DNA from: Blasia pusilla
Lineage: Eukaryota
DNA length: 64,000 nucleotides
Assembly: GCA_050084515.1 (NCBI GenBank)
Contig: CM114271.1
Coordinates: 24,180,001 to 24,244,000, forward strand
Reading direction: 5' to 3'
The position numbers and the translations under genes were made by a program. The notes beneath the pieces were generated by a model. It was not told where the DNA came from. It worked only from the letters and a program-made list of their open reading frames with translations, and ran no database searches. This document shows, piece after piece, positions 22,501-33,770 of the stretch (position 1 is its first letter; each line of letters begins with the position of its first letter).

Positions 22501-25500
22501 CTCTACGCCTTTCGGCGGATTTGTCTCCCACCACAATTATGAAGTATAAAAGACTACTGTTTGAGTATTTGGATGTCTTTGCATACTCCATGGATGAAAT
22601 GACAGGCATTCCCGCACGGTATGGTGAACACCGAATTGATCTTAAAGAAGGGGCGGTTGTAATGTCTAAGTGTTTCTTATTTACAGTCAATTGTAGAGTT
22701 CGATCCCCAAGAGGATCATTGTTGGATGAAAAGAGAGTATAAGGTGATGATTATGTTGTAAAAGTGTAATTGATTATGTAATTTAATTGTAGTATTCCAG
22801 TATCAGCTTCCGATCCTTCTTAGTACCTATGTTTTCTTCTTCAATTCTCTCGAGTGGAGTTTAAAGGACGCTCAGGCAATTTGTTCTCTCATCATCTCGG
22901 AACCTCACAGAGACCTCAAGAATAAAGCTGGCTTCTCCTACTTTCGGAACTCAACGTAAGGCGGAGTTACTCTCACAAACAGATTTCATACAACTTTATA
23001 TTGATTATTCCATTGATGAGAAAGGTTCACTGATTCACTCTTCACTCGTGAGACTCCTAAAAAAAGAATGTTGAGACATAAGCATTGCACATCAGAATGA
23101 ATGAATGAATGTTTTACTACTCCATCAAGAATTGGAAGACTTCAAAGTATCTACAAGCTCGAGAGGGTACAACTCTCTTGCTCGGACCATTCCTACAGCA
23201 TAAGGACGTCATGAGCGAATGATGATAATAGCTTATGTCCTGTTTCTTAAATATTCTCGAGAGTAGGATCGTTTCTATGATCCGAAGCGTTCTTGCTGAA
23301 GGGTGTGTCTTTTCAATATGTGTAACTACCTAGATCTATGGTTCTCTTATCTTTTCCTACGATCCCTATGAATCCGCGGTACAAAACTGTCCTAACTACC
23401 AATTTGATACAAAGGGTCGCGCCCTTTCCTAGTCTCATTCTGTAAACTATGTGTCATTTCGAATCTCAATCATCTTTGAAGCCTTCATTGCGCTAAATTT
23501 CGGAGGAGGACTAAGTTCTTCTTTCTTCTTCGTGCTTCGTGCTTCGCTGAAGAGCAAAGTACTTCGTATATAGAGCTTCGTTGAGCTTCGTTAGACTTTG
23601 TTAAGCTTCGCTGAGCTTCGCTAGACTTTGTTAAGCTTCGCTGAGCTTCGCGTTGAGCCTTTATACTTCTTTACAGCTTTTGACTCTCCTCTAAGGCAAA
23701 TCCTTGATCTTCATCTCTCTGCCTTGTCTTAGGAGCTTGGTGATTCACTTATTCTTCTTCATAATAATAGATAATCATAATCAAAATCATAATATACAAG
23801 AGTCTTCGTTGAATAAAATGATATATTCTTCAAGATTACAAAATTGTGGGTATCACAGCGGTCCCGATGCGAATGCGACAATATCGACTGAATCCAAAGT
23901 ACTCATTGTTAGTCAAGGACGAGATCGACCAGCGTCTCGAGGCAGGAATAATCTATCCGGTGTTAAGCAGCGAGTGGGTGTCGCCTATCGTAATTGTACC
24001 TAAAAAACAATCGGGCAAAATCCGAGTGTGCCAGGACTATCGGAAAGTAAATGCTGCCACCTTAAAAGACCACCATCCTCTACCTTTCACTGACAGTATT
24101 TTGGATAAAGTGGCCGGGCACAAGCGTTATACTTTCTTGGACGGATATTCGGGGTACAACCAGGTATCCATACGAGAAAAGGATCGTCCCCTCACCACGT
24201 TCACTACGGACTGGGGAACTTTCGCATATCGCGTAATGCCTTTTGGGTTGTGCAATGCCCCAGCTACTTTCCAACGGATGATGATCTCCATCTTCCAGGA
24301 GTATCTGAGGAAGTTCGTGGAAATCTTTTTGGACGATTTTTGTATCTTCAGCACAGAGGCCGAACATCTGGAAAAGTTAGAGTTAACACTCGCACGCTGT
24401 CGCGAAGTGCATTTGTCCCTTCATCCGGACAAATGGTATATTGCTATGAAACAAGGAATTCTATTGGGACACCGAGTGTCGGCGCAAGGAATTGAGGTCG
24501 ACAAGGCCAAGGTGGATATTATCGTCGCATTGGAACCACCTACTAATCTCCGGGAATTGAGAGGATTCTTGGGACATGTCGAGTACTATCGACGGTTTAT
24601 TAAAGATTACGCAGTAAAAGCGGGAGCTCTTACTGCATTACTTAAGAAGACCACCGAATGGGAGTGGACACCAGCGTGCCAAGTGGCATTTGACACCTTA
24701 AAAGACGCATTGCAAAAAGCTCCTGTACTTCGGTCCCCCGATTGGACCAAACCCTTCCACGTATATGTGGACACATCCTCATTTTCCATTGGAGTAGTGC
24801 TCAGCCAATTGGATGAGCACAAACATGATTTTCCGATTTACTCGCCGCCGATTACTATCGGCAATGTGAGCGAGAAATATACAACTACCGAACGAGAGGC
24901 GTTAGGCATGGTCTTCTCGTGTAAAAAGTTCCGACACTATTTATTAGGGTACGAATTTGTCTTCATGTGGATCATTTTGCACTCAGACCCTTAATGGTGA
25001 AAGCCGACCTGTGAGGACGCATTGCACGGTGGATCTTGTTGCTACAAGAATTCACATTCGATGTTGTGACCCGTGCTGGCAAGGTGCATACCAATGCCGA
25101 TTTTCTTTCCCAGTTGAGGATGACAAACGCGGACCTCACCCAATCCGTCGATGATACCTTTCCCTATGAAGACCTGTTCCAGATAACAGAAGATCGGTTG
25201 AGCCAGTCTTTTTATGAGGATATTCTTCGTTTTCTAATGACTCTGCGACTTCCTGCCCCGATGAGAGCGGAAGAACGCGCAGTTTTCTTACATTGGATAG
25301 GCCCATATGAGATCTGTCAAGAGATCCTATTCAAATTAGGTGCTAATGAAGAGCATCGAAGATGCTTGGAAGCCGAAGAAGTTCCCCAGGTCATCAGAGC
25401 CCTGCATATGGCTGATTCGGGTGGACACTATGCGGTAAAAAATACCGTTAAGAAAATTTTGGCCGCACGTTATTGGTGGCCAACTATGTACAAAGATGTA

Positions 25501-26464
25501 GGTAATTTTATTCGGAGTTGTGATGCCTGTCAAAGAGCAGGTCGACCCACGGCGACTACGCGGTGGCCTTTGGTCCCCATTATGCCCTTAGCTCCTTTTG
25601 AAAAATGGGGCATTGACTTCGTGGGCCCTATCTCCCCGGCCACTCGCCAAAACCGGCGGAAGTATATTCTTATCGCCACTGACTATTGCACTAAGATGGT
25701 CGAAGCGGTAGCCACGCGAAAAGATGACAGTGAAGCAGTGGTTAAGTTTTTATACGAGATGATTATCACACGTTATGGCTGTGCGTTGGAACTAGTAAGT
25801 GACCGTGGTACGCACTTCTTGAACCAGACTATTGAGTCTCTCACTTCCCACTTTCTCATTAAGCATCGGAAAACCACTCCCTACAACCCTAAAGCCAACG
25901 GGTTGACAGAAAAATCTAACGGCCTCATTTGCCGAATATTGAATCGATTAACGGTAACATATTCATATGATTGGGACACGAAAATTTCCGCGGCATTATG
26001 GGCGTACCGAACAGTTGAGAAGGTTACTACAAAATACACCCCGTTCTTCCTGACTTATGGCGTGCATCCCTTAACACCTATTCAATGGGCTTTGCCCTTA
26101 TCGGTATTGAGGGAACAAGAACGGAGGTCAGCGAGTTATCGAACACAGGAATGAGACCCTGGTGGCGTTGGAAGAGGCACGCATGCTCGCATTACGCCGG
26201 ACAGCCCAGGTGCAAAAAGAACGTAAAAAATGTTACGATCGACATCTCCGGCCACAATCTATCAGTGTTGGAGACTTAGTGCTATTGTATGATAACCGGC
26301 GACTAAAGTTCCCCGGAAAATTAAAATTAAATTGGATGGGACCCTACCGGGTATTGGCCATCTATGATAATGGATCCCTACAGTTAGAAACCTTACAGGG
26401 AGAATCCCTGCCCACTCGAGTCAATGGCATGCATGTGCGCCGGTATTATGAGCCCAAACCTTAG
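19565..26464 (+). pseudogene. Element B gag-pol, interrupted by solo LTR C
   Basis: Retrotransposon gag (KRASQWY...KETLREYTQRF), three CCHC knuckles, protease, RT (IFLDDF), RNase H, integrase with GPY; stops at 20609, 21152, 22470 and frameshifts. Confidence 0.95.
22658..23857 (-). mobile_element. Element C: solo LTR of the A/B family inside the RT-proximal region of B
   Basis: tgtaatg...tatcaca; perfect TSD GCGGT (22653-22657, 23858-23862); pol reads LKEGAV|PMRMRQY across the insertion. Confidence 0.96.
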
Positions 26465-26500
26465 GATAACTGAAATAGGAGGAAGGGGGTAGGCGAACGC

Positions 26501-26687
26501 CCCGTGCTTCGCAAAGCAGCAAAGCACTGAAGTTCAAGACATCCCGTGCTTCGCGAAGCACCAAAGTTCAAGACATCCCGTGCTTCACGAAGCACCAAAG
26601 CACCGAAGTTCAAGACATCTCGTGCTTTGCGAAGCAGCGAAGCACCAAAGTTCAAGACATCTCGGAGCTTCGCGAAGCAGCGAAGCG
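26501..26687 (+). repeat. Minisatellite (34-42-bp units, about 4.5 copies) between integrase and the 3' extra ORF
   Basis: cccgtgcttcgcgaagcaccaaagttcaagacat-type units start at 26501, 26543, 26577, 26619 and 26661. Confidence 0.9.
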
Positions 26688-26929
26688 TATGAAGTGGGGG
26701 GGAGCGTGGCAAAGACGCAAAGTGCCAACCTTCTTGTTACAGCCCCGGCGCCACGACCAAGAACGGACAGGGGGAGCAGACTATAAGAGCGGTCCGTCGT
26801 AACCAAGCGGGTATTTTCATGGACAGGATCACCATGAAGTTGCGTAGCAGGCCAAAGCGGGGTGTCCATCGAGATCAACCTAGCAACATGCCTTGCGAAG
26901 ACTCCACGCCCATTCTGTGAAGCGCGGCA

Positions 26930-28738
26930 ATGCCGATGTTCAAGTTGTCACTGGAGCTGGTCGAACCGCTAGAGGAGCGATCGTTGGCAACTTTCTTTCA
27001 AGCCAACTGGACCTTGACATCCGGAGAACTCCTTGGCGAGCTTCGCTCTTCGTCTGCCGTCGCCAAGTTTCAAAAGAAGGGTCTTCGCTATCGAGCTCAA
27101 CCCCAACAATGGACGGTGGATGACTGGAGAGCAACTTATCTGCTCCCGGCTATGCCAGAGTACGAATATGACACGGAGTTGCTAGTAAAGCATGAAGATC
27201 TTTTAGCACTCGGCTGTGTCACGACTGAGCGCCTGGGCAGGAACGGCTACAAGGCTACGTCACTCTTCCCGCCCATCTTTGGTCAGTTTTGCAAACATTT
27301 GATGACTCTGTTTTATCCCGCTCGTTCTTACTATCTGACGAACAAGCTCTTGAAGATGTGCTACATCATCTGGAATCAGCACCTGGAACCCGAAGCCCCA
27401 GGAGTTGACTTTGCTGCTTTTGTGGACGGGCACGTACGAGCAATGGTGGAAGTGCTTCATCCAAGCACGAAGTCCTTCCTATCTCCTTTCTTGATCCATC
27501 TTTATATTCACAAGCAGGAATTGACAACAGACGAGGCGTTAGATTGGTCGCAAGTTACCCCCGTCCGACTACCACGGAAAAGTGGAACTGGTACCATGGG
27601 TAGCCACGAAGTCACCACGCCCTCCGAAGCACCTCAGCAACATCCTCATACTTCGGCTTTAAAGAAAGACGAAGATACCAACGAAATGCCATGGCCAAAG
27701 CGAGGCCGAGTCAATTTTGAAACACCCTCGGCCCCAGAACCCGTCAATCAGGAGGATTCCGACGAGACCCCGCGGGCAAGGGATCACCAACTTGCACTTC
27801 GTCTCATGTCGCAGACGGCAGACGATATGATGTGGTTCTTGCAATAAGCAGTTCCCGTCATGAACCAGCTCCAACATGTTCTTCACCTAGAGGATACAGC
27901 GTCCGTGGACGATTATTTACAAGCCCTGGACGACCTCAACTGTAGGGCACAAGCTTTGTCAGACCACGAAGCACAGCGTCAAGTAGCAGAAACGAATCTT
28001 CACTTACGGGATCAGGAACTCGAAGACACGAAGACCACGCTTCGCAAAGCTCAAAGCGACTTGGTCCAATGTCAGTACGAAGCACGGAACGCACGCCAAT
28101 GGGAGAGTTTGGCGATTAACCTCGAATGTGGGGCGGATCAGTTAGCTTCGCAGATCAAGGAAGCTTCGCACCTCATTGACAAGTATCGGCATCAAATACG
28201 GCGTGTTCACACCGAATTCAAGAAGTTGGCCATCCAGCATGCTGAGTCTTCGAAGTTGCTTCAAGAACATCAAGAAACGAACAAAGACTTACTGGCGCAG
28301 TGGTCGGAGGCTACAGGGAGGATCGCAGTATTGGAAGCAGAGCAGAAGCTACTCAACGAAGCCCACATGGACCCGCAAGGTGTCAAAGAGCTAGTCGACG
28401 AAGCAAGCAAGAATTTCGAAGAACAGATGAGCGAGGAAATCGACTATATCAACAAACATTGGAAGCGCCAATTCGACAATCATACCAAGTCTCTTCCAGA
28501 AGTTGTACCCACTCTTTCACTTACTCTTGAAGTGTTACCATTATTTACTCCATCTGATGTCTTAGTCAAGAATGAAGTCCTAGGGAGTAACTTAGTTGTT
28601 AACAAGTCACGAGAAAGAATGCGCAATCATACCCCTAACATTATCAACAAACCTTCTACGATTCACGGCCGTTTTGTGCCTACCCCTGAATTTGATAGTT
28701 TAGACGACACTTTTATGGAGATAGGAGAGACATCATGA
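26930..28738 (+). pseudogene. 3' extra ORF of element B (about 600 aa, one internal stop at 27845)
   Basis: The 305-aa and 292-aa ORFs are in the same frame and end about 26 nt before the PPT. The N-terminal domain ends KSFLSPFLIHLY, followed by a low-complexity linker and a long coiled-coil-like region. Confidence 0.85.
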
Positions 28739-28777
28739 AGTGTTCGCCGGGGCGGCTCACATTTGAGGGAGGGGGTA

Positions 28778-30246
28778 TGTGATACCCACAATTTTGTACT
28801 TTGGAAGAAATGTATCTTTTTATTGAACAAAGACTCTTGTACATTATGGTTTGGATTATTATATGCAATTATGGAGAAGAACAAGTAAGATTCAAGTGAA
28901 TCACAAAGCTCCTAAGACAAGGCAGAGAGATGGAAGATCAAGGATTTGCCTTAGAGGAGAATCAAAAGCCGTGAACGCAGTATAAAGGATCAACGCAAAG
29001 CTTAGCGAAGCTCAACAAAGCTCAGACATAAGTACTTTGCTCTTAAATGAAATTTAAAGAGCGAAGCCTAACGTAAGAGCGAAGAGCTACCGAGCGAAAG
29101 AAGAGTACCTAAGAGCGGCTAGCCGAAGAAGCGAAGAAGAGCGAAGCACAAAAGCAAAGAATGAAGAATGAAGAGACTGAAGAGCACGAGAGGCCGACAT
29201 AAGAGCACATAGTTAAAGCAGTTAGCCTAGGAAGAGCGATAGAAAGTTAGGACAATTTTGTTCTCCTAAGAGCGAAGAGCGAAGCACGAAGAGTGAAGAA
29301 CGAAGCACGAAGAGCGAAGAACGGAATATTTAAGGCAAAACTAAGAGCGAAGCATGAAAGCACGACAGAAAGAGAATGAAGAATGAAGAGCCAGAACTCG
29401 GAAATTCAGCAAAGTGGCTTCAAAGATAATTGTGATTCGAACAGGCACATAGTTAAAACAGTTAGCCTAGGAAGAAGCGCAACCCTTTGTATCAGATAGA
29501 CAGTTAGGACAATTTTGTTCTCCGGATTCCTAGAGACCATCGGAAAAGAAACGCACAAAGATAGATCCGGTAATTCTGAGATATTGAAGAGACACCAACT
29601 TCATCAAGAACGCTTCGGATCTTAGAAACGCTCCTACTCTCGAGAATATTTAAGAAACAGGACAGAAGCTATCATTATCATTCGCTCATGAAGTCCTTAT
29701 GCTGTAGGAATGGTCCGAGCAAGAGAATTGTACCCTCTCGAGCTTGTATATACTTTGAAGTCTTCCCATTCTTGATGGAGTAGTAAAGCAATCATTCATT
29801 CATTCTGATGTGCGATGCTTATGTATGAGTATTCTTTTTGGGTCTGCAGAGTGAAGAGTGAATCAGGAGAACCTTTCTCATCAATGGAATAATCAACATA
29901 GAGTTGTATGAAATCTGTTTGACAGAGAGTAACCTGCCAAGACGGATTAAGTTCCGAAAGTAGGAGAAGCCAACTTTATTCTTGAGATCTCTGTGAGGTT
30001 CCGAGATGTCGAGAGAACAATTTTCCTGAGCGTACTTTAAATTCCACTCGAGAGAATTGAAGAAGAAAACATAGGTACTAAGAAGGATCGGAAGATATTA
30101 CTGAAATACTACATTTAAATCACATAATCAACCACACTACTTTTACAACATAATAATCACTTTATCCTCTCTTTTCATCCAACAATGATCCTCTTGGGGA
30201 TCAAACTCTACAAATGACTGTGAATAAGAAACACTTGGACATTACA
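28778..30246 (+). repeat. 3' LTR of element B (about 250 bp longer than its 5' LTR)
   Basis: tgtgatacc...cattaca; expanded, scrambled GAAGAGC-rich section at about 29040-29400. Confidence 0.93.
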
Positions 30247-31100
30247 ATCGTCTTCTGGGGTCCTTCTGGGCCGCCAGATGTACCTTCAACTCAGCCATTT
30301 GTTTACTGAGTTCTTCCATGGCCGACTTGCCGACCTTCGTTGCCGTCCCTCTCACTGGACTTTCCGACCGTTGGGGACGGTGCTTGGTGCTTGGTCGGGT
30401 TTTGTTCTGGTGCTTGGGGGAGTGATGATGCCTGCTTTTCCTTTTCCTTTTAGTTTTGAACTCCTGCTCCGAGTCCGAGGACTCGGACGTATCCTCCGTA
30501 GAGGATTCCGTGTTTGTGGAGGACGCTTTGTCTTCAGACAAAGCACTAGTCTGCGACGCCCCTCGTCGTTGGTGACGCCGTCTTCATGTTCTGCGGGATT
30601 TCTCTGAGGCTTCGTACGCCTCAGCGGAGGCTATGACTGCCTCCAAGGAATTCCGTTGGCCTCGCCGGCAGAACCGATCCATTTCTTTGGACAGTCCGGA
30701 CACGAACCAATCTACCAATTGGGAGGTAGTCGTGTGATCCAGCTTATTCACCAGGCTCCGAAACCTTTGGGTATATTCCCGGAGGGTCTCCTTCTTTTTC
30801 CGTTTCAGGTCGCGAAGCTTCGTTAGAAGCCTGTCCTCGAACTCCAGGTTGCGGAACTCATGTAGGAAGGATTCCAAGACCCTTTTCCAGGTTTCCGTGA
30901 CGTCCGCTCGGAGACCCTCGTACCACTGGCTTGCTCGCTTCTTGAGCAGGCCAGGAAAGACTCGTAATAATTCCTCCTCTGCACCTTCCCCATTGGCTTT
31001 CGCCACATGGGTGAATTCAAGCACAAAGTTATGCACATCGTCTCGCCGTCCCCCAGCAAAGGTGGGGTACCTTAGCAGAGTTTTTCTAGTATTGGCCATG
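30247..31100 (-). pseudogene. Element A gag 5' part
   Basis: MANTRKTLLRYPTFAGG...LAAQKDPRR, homologous to gag of B. Confidence 0.92.
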
Positions 31101-31429
31101 GGAACCACTCTCCTGCTGGCTCCCGTGCTTGATGCTCGAGAGGGAGGAGGTAACGGCTCTGCCCGAGGTGATCTGGTTGGCTCTGCGCTCCCTGACTCCC
31201 CAAAGGGGTCCCAGGACGACTCTTCATTCGACTGCGAACTGGCAGGGGACGTAGTGGAGACTTTGTCCCTGTCTTTCTTCTTGCTCTTCGGCCGGACGAG
31301 GCTAAGACCGGGAGACGACCAGCGGTCTCAAGCCGGTTGCTCTTCCCGCCGCTATCTGCGCCGATCGGCTCATTGCTCGCGAAGAGGGAGAGCCTTCCAT
31401 AAGTCTCTTGTGGATTTGGCAACTTGCGT

Positions 31430-31798
31430 TCACCCCCACGGTTGCATGCAGGTAAGGGTCCATGGAGGGAGGTTAACTATTTCTTCTTTCTACACCTACA
31501 GGAGTGTTCCTGGTGCTCATAATCTTCCTGCCAGGTTTTCCTCCCATAAACAGAAGTACCGGGTCATCACCAAGTACAATTGTCATTCATGGGTGAAGCA
31601 CCGTTCGGCCACTGGTTCTTTGACAATTCTAATTAGTTGGTCTATTTTCTCTAGCACCAATGCAGCAAATCTATTGTTGTCTTCAAGCATCCATTTTCTT
31701 AAGGGGATCGCTAGAGCTAGCATATGGTCTTCAGTGAGAACTAGATTGTTGGGTCTTCTAGGGGGCGAAGCTTCTTTCCCCGCTCCCGGATTCCCCAT
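31430..31798 (-). pseudogene. 5' extra ORF of element A (123 codons, one internal TGA)
   Basis: MGNPGAGKEASPPRRPNNLVL...ERCFTHE*QLYLVMTRYFCLWEKTWQEDYEHQEHSCRC...PWG*. Confidence 0.6.
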
Positions 31799-31865
31799 GG
31801 TTCTCTCTCCCTCCTCAGCCAAGAATATGATCCCCGGCAGTGGCGCCAAAAAGTTTCTTGCTATA

Positions 31866-33063
31866 TGTAATATACAAGTGTTTCTAGTTTACAGTCGTTT
31901 TAGTGAGTTCGATCCCCAAGAGGATCATTGTTGGATGAAAAGAGAGGGTAAAGTGATTATTATGTTGTAAAAGTAGTGTGGTTGATTATGTAATTCAAAT
32001 GTAGTATTCCAGCAACATCTTCCGATCCTTCTCAGTACCAATGTTTTCTTCTTCAATTCTCTCTAGTGGAATTTAAATCACGCTCAGGCAAATTGTTCTC
32101 TCGACATCTAGGAACCTCACAGAGATCTCAACAAGAAGGTTGGCTTCTCCTACTTTCGGAACTCAATCCGTCTTGGCAGGCTACTCTCTGTCAAACAGAT
32201 TTCATACAACTCCATGTTGATTATTCCATTGATGAGAAAGGTTTGTCGATTTCACTCTTCATTTGCAAACCCAAAAAGACTATCCAAACGTAAGCATCAC
32301 ACATCTGAATGAATGAATGAGTGGTTTATTATTCCATCAAGAATGGGAAGACTTCAAAGTGTATACAAGCTTGAGAGGGTACTACTCTCTTGCTTGGACC
32401 ATTCCTACAGCATAAGGACTTCATGAGCGAATGATGATTGTAGCTTCTGTCATACTTCTTAAATATTCTCTGAAGTAGGAGCGTTTCCAAGATCCGAAGT
32501 GTTCTTGATGAAGTTGATGTCTCTTCAATATTTATAACTACCTAGATCTATGGTGTGCTTTCCTTTTCCTATGATCCCTATGAATCCGTGGTAAAAAACT
32601 GTTCTAACTACCAATTTGATACAAAGGGTCACGCTCTTTCCTAGTCTAACTGTTTTAACTATGTGCCGGTTCGAATCACAATCATACTGAGCTTCGCTGC
32701 GTTGGATTTCTTGAGGACAAAGCTCTTCATTCTTAGTTCTCTTTTCAGGTGCTTGGTGCTTGGTGCTTTGCTCTTCGTGTTTCGCATAAGAGCAAAGTAC
32801 TCACTTCTCTTCTTCTGCAGGCTTCGTTAAGCTTCCGTAAGCTTCGCGTTGGTCCTTTAGACTTCGTTACTGTATTTGCTTCTCCTCTAAGGCAAATCCT
32901 TGATCTTCCATCTCTCTGCCTTGTCCTAGGAGCTTCGTGATTCACTTTAATCTTACTCTTTCTTCTCCATAATAGTATATAATAATCAAAACCATAATGT
33001 ACAAGAGTCTTTGTTAAATAAAAAGATAAATTTCTTCCAAAGTACAAAATTGTGGGTATCACA
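31866..33063 (-). repeat. 5' LTR of element A
   Basis: Near-identical to 8732-9921; PBS at 31829-31848 after a 17-nt spacer. Confidence 0.97.
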
Positions 33064-33325
33064 CTCCCAAATCCGTGATGGATTAACTTCTCCAAAATCA
33101 GTGAATGTTTTATTTCAAAAGCCCTCCGTTGGTGGAAGTTCGCAACATCTGGTCGTGGGGATGGTTCAACAATATGGGATTTCGGTCATGGAGGTGGATT
33201 GCAACCTTAAACGCTGGCATATATTTCGGAGCAACCCTGGACGTGGATCCACTTGCAGGGCGGGATCTGGTGGCATTAGGAGAGCATTCGGCACTTTCCA
33301 AAATAGGAATTGTACAAGGACTTGA
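33064..33325 (+). pseudogene. 3' continuation of the MULE transposase
   Basis: Removing A and one TSD gives GTPDFS-QIRDGLTS...VMEVDCNLKRWHIFR...CRAG in frame. Confidence 0.75.
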
Positions 33326-33770
33326 CGACCACTGCCTCGATTTTGGGGACTTAAAACCTTTGACCGTTTAGCCTAGGGCAAATGATAGATTTTTTCCATA
33401 CCTTGGATGGAAATAGTGATTGGTTCCACACTTATGATTCCACTGATTTTTCAATTTTTAAAATTTTGTGCAATTTGCAACTCGTCGGACTTAGAGGGGT
33501 TGCCAAAATGTGGAAGAGGAAAAAAAAACTGTGGGAGTGCTTAAGAATTGAGCAGAAAAGTGCAAAAAAATTCACACAAAAATTTTCCTCTCTTCAACCC
33601 AACGGAAACTCTCTTCAAATCACAGGAAAATCTCTTTAAAAAATATCTCTTTTGGTTGAAGGTAGTTTTCTCTCTCCTCTCTCCTCTCTTCCTCTCTTCC
33701 TCTCCTCTTACCGCACCTCATATTGAGCAACATCCTCTTTCATTTTGGGCCAGAAGAACCTCTTAGATAG

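Larger units (their letters stand above)
17876..30246 (+). mobile_element. Element B: full-length copy of the same family, inserted antisense into gag of A
   Basis: LTRs 17876-19097 and 28778-30246; TSD GTCGT/ATCGT (1 mismatch); PBS 19115-19134; PPT 28765-28775; A gag is contiguous across the insertion. Confidence 0.96.
8732..33063 (-). mobile_element. Element A: full-length Athila-like (non-chromovirus) Ty3/gypsy LTR retrotransposon with nested insertions
   Basis: Near-identical TG...CA LTRs at 8732-9921 and 31866-33063; perfect TSD CTCCC (8727-8731, 33064-33068); PBS 31829-31848; PPT 9924-9934; order gag-PR-RT-RH-INT. Confidence 0.97.
1..33770 (+). mobile_element. Decayed Mutator-like (MULE) DNA transposon region carrying a methyltransferase-like gene; interrupted by retroelement A at 8732-33063; left end outside the window, right end approximate
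   Basis: MULE transposase motifs at 5703-8731 continue in frame at 33064-33325. The same 29-bp palindrome occurs from position 26 to about 8165 and again at 33476-33503, and I did not see it elsewhere in the window. TIRs and TSD not identified. Confidence 0.65.

Noticed and set aside
30849-31970. 373-aa plus-strand ORF (and the 206-aa ORF at 19729-20349 minus)
   Set aside because: Antisense shadows of gag and the leader, with no recognisable motifs; not open over the same span in both copies
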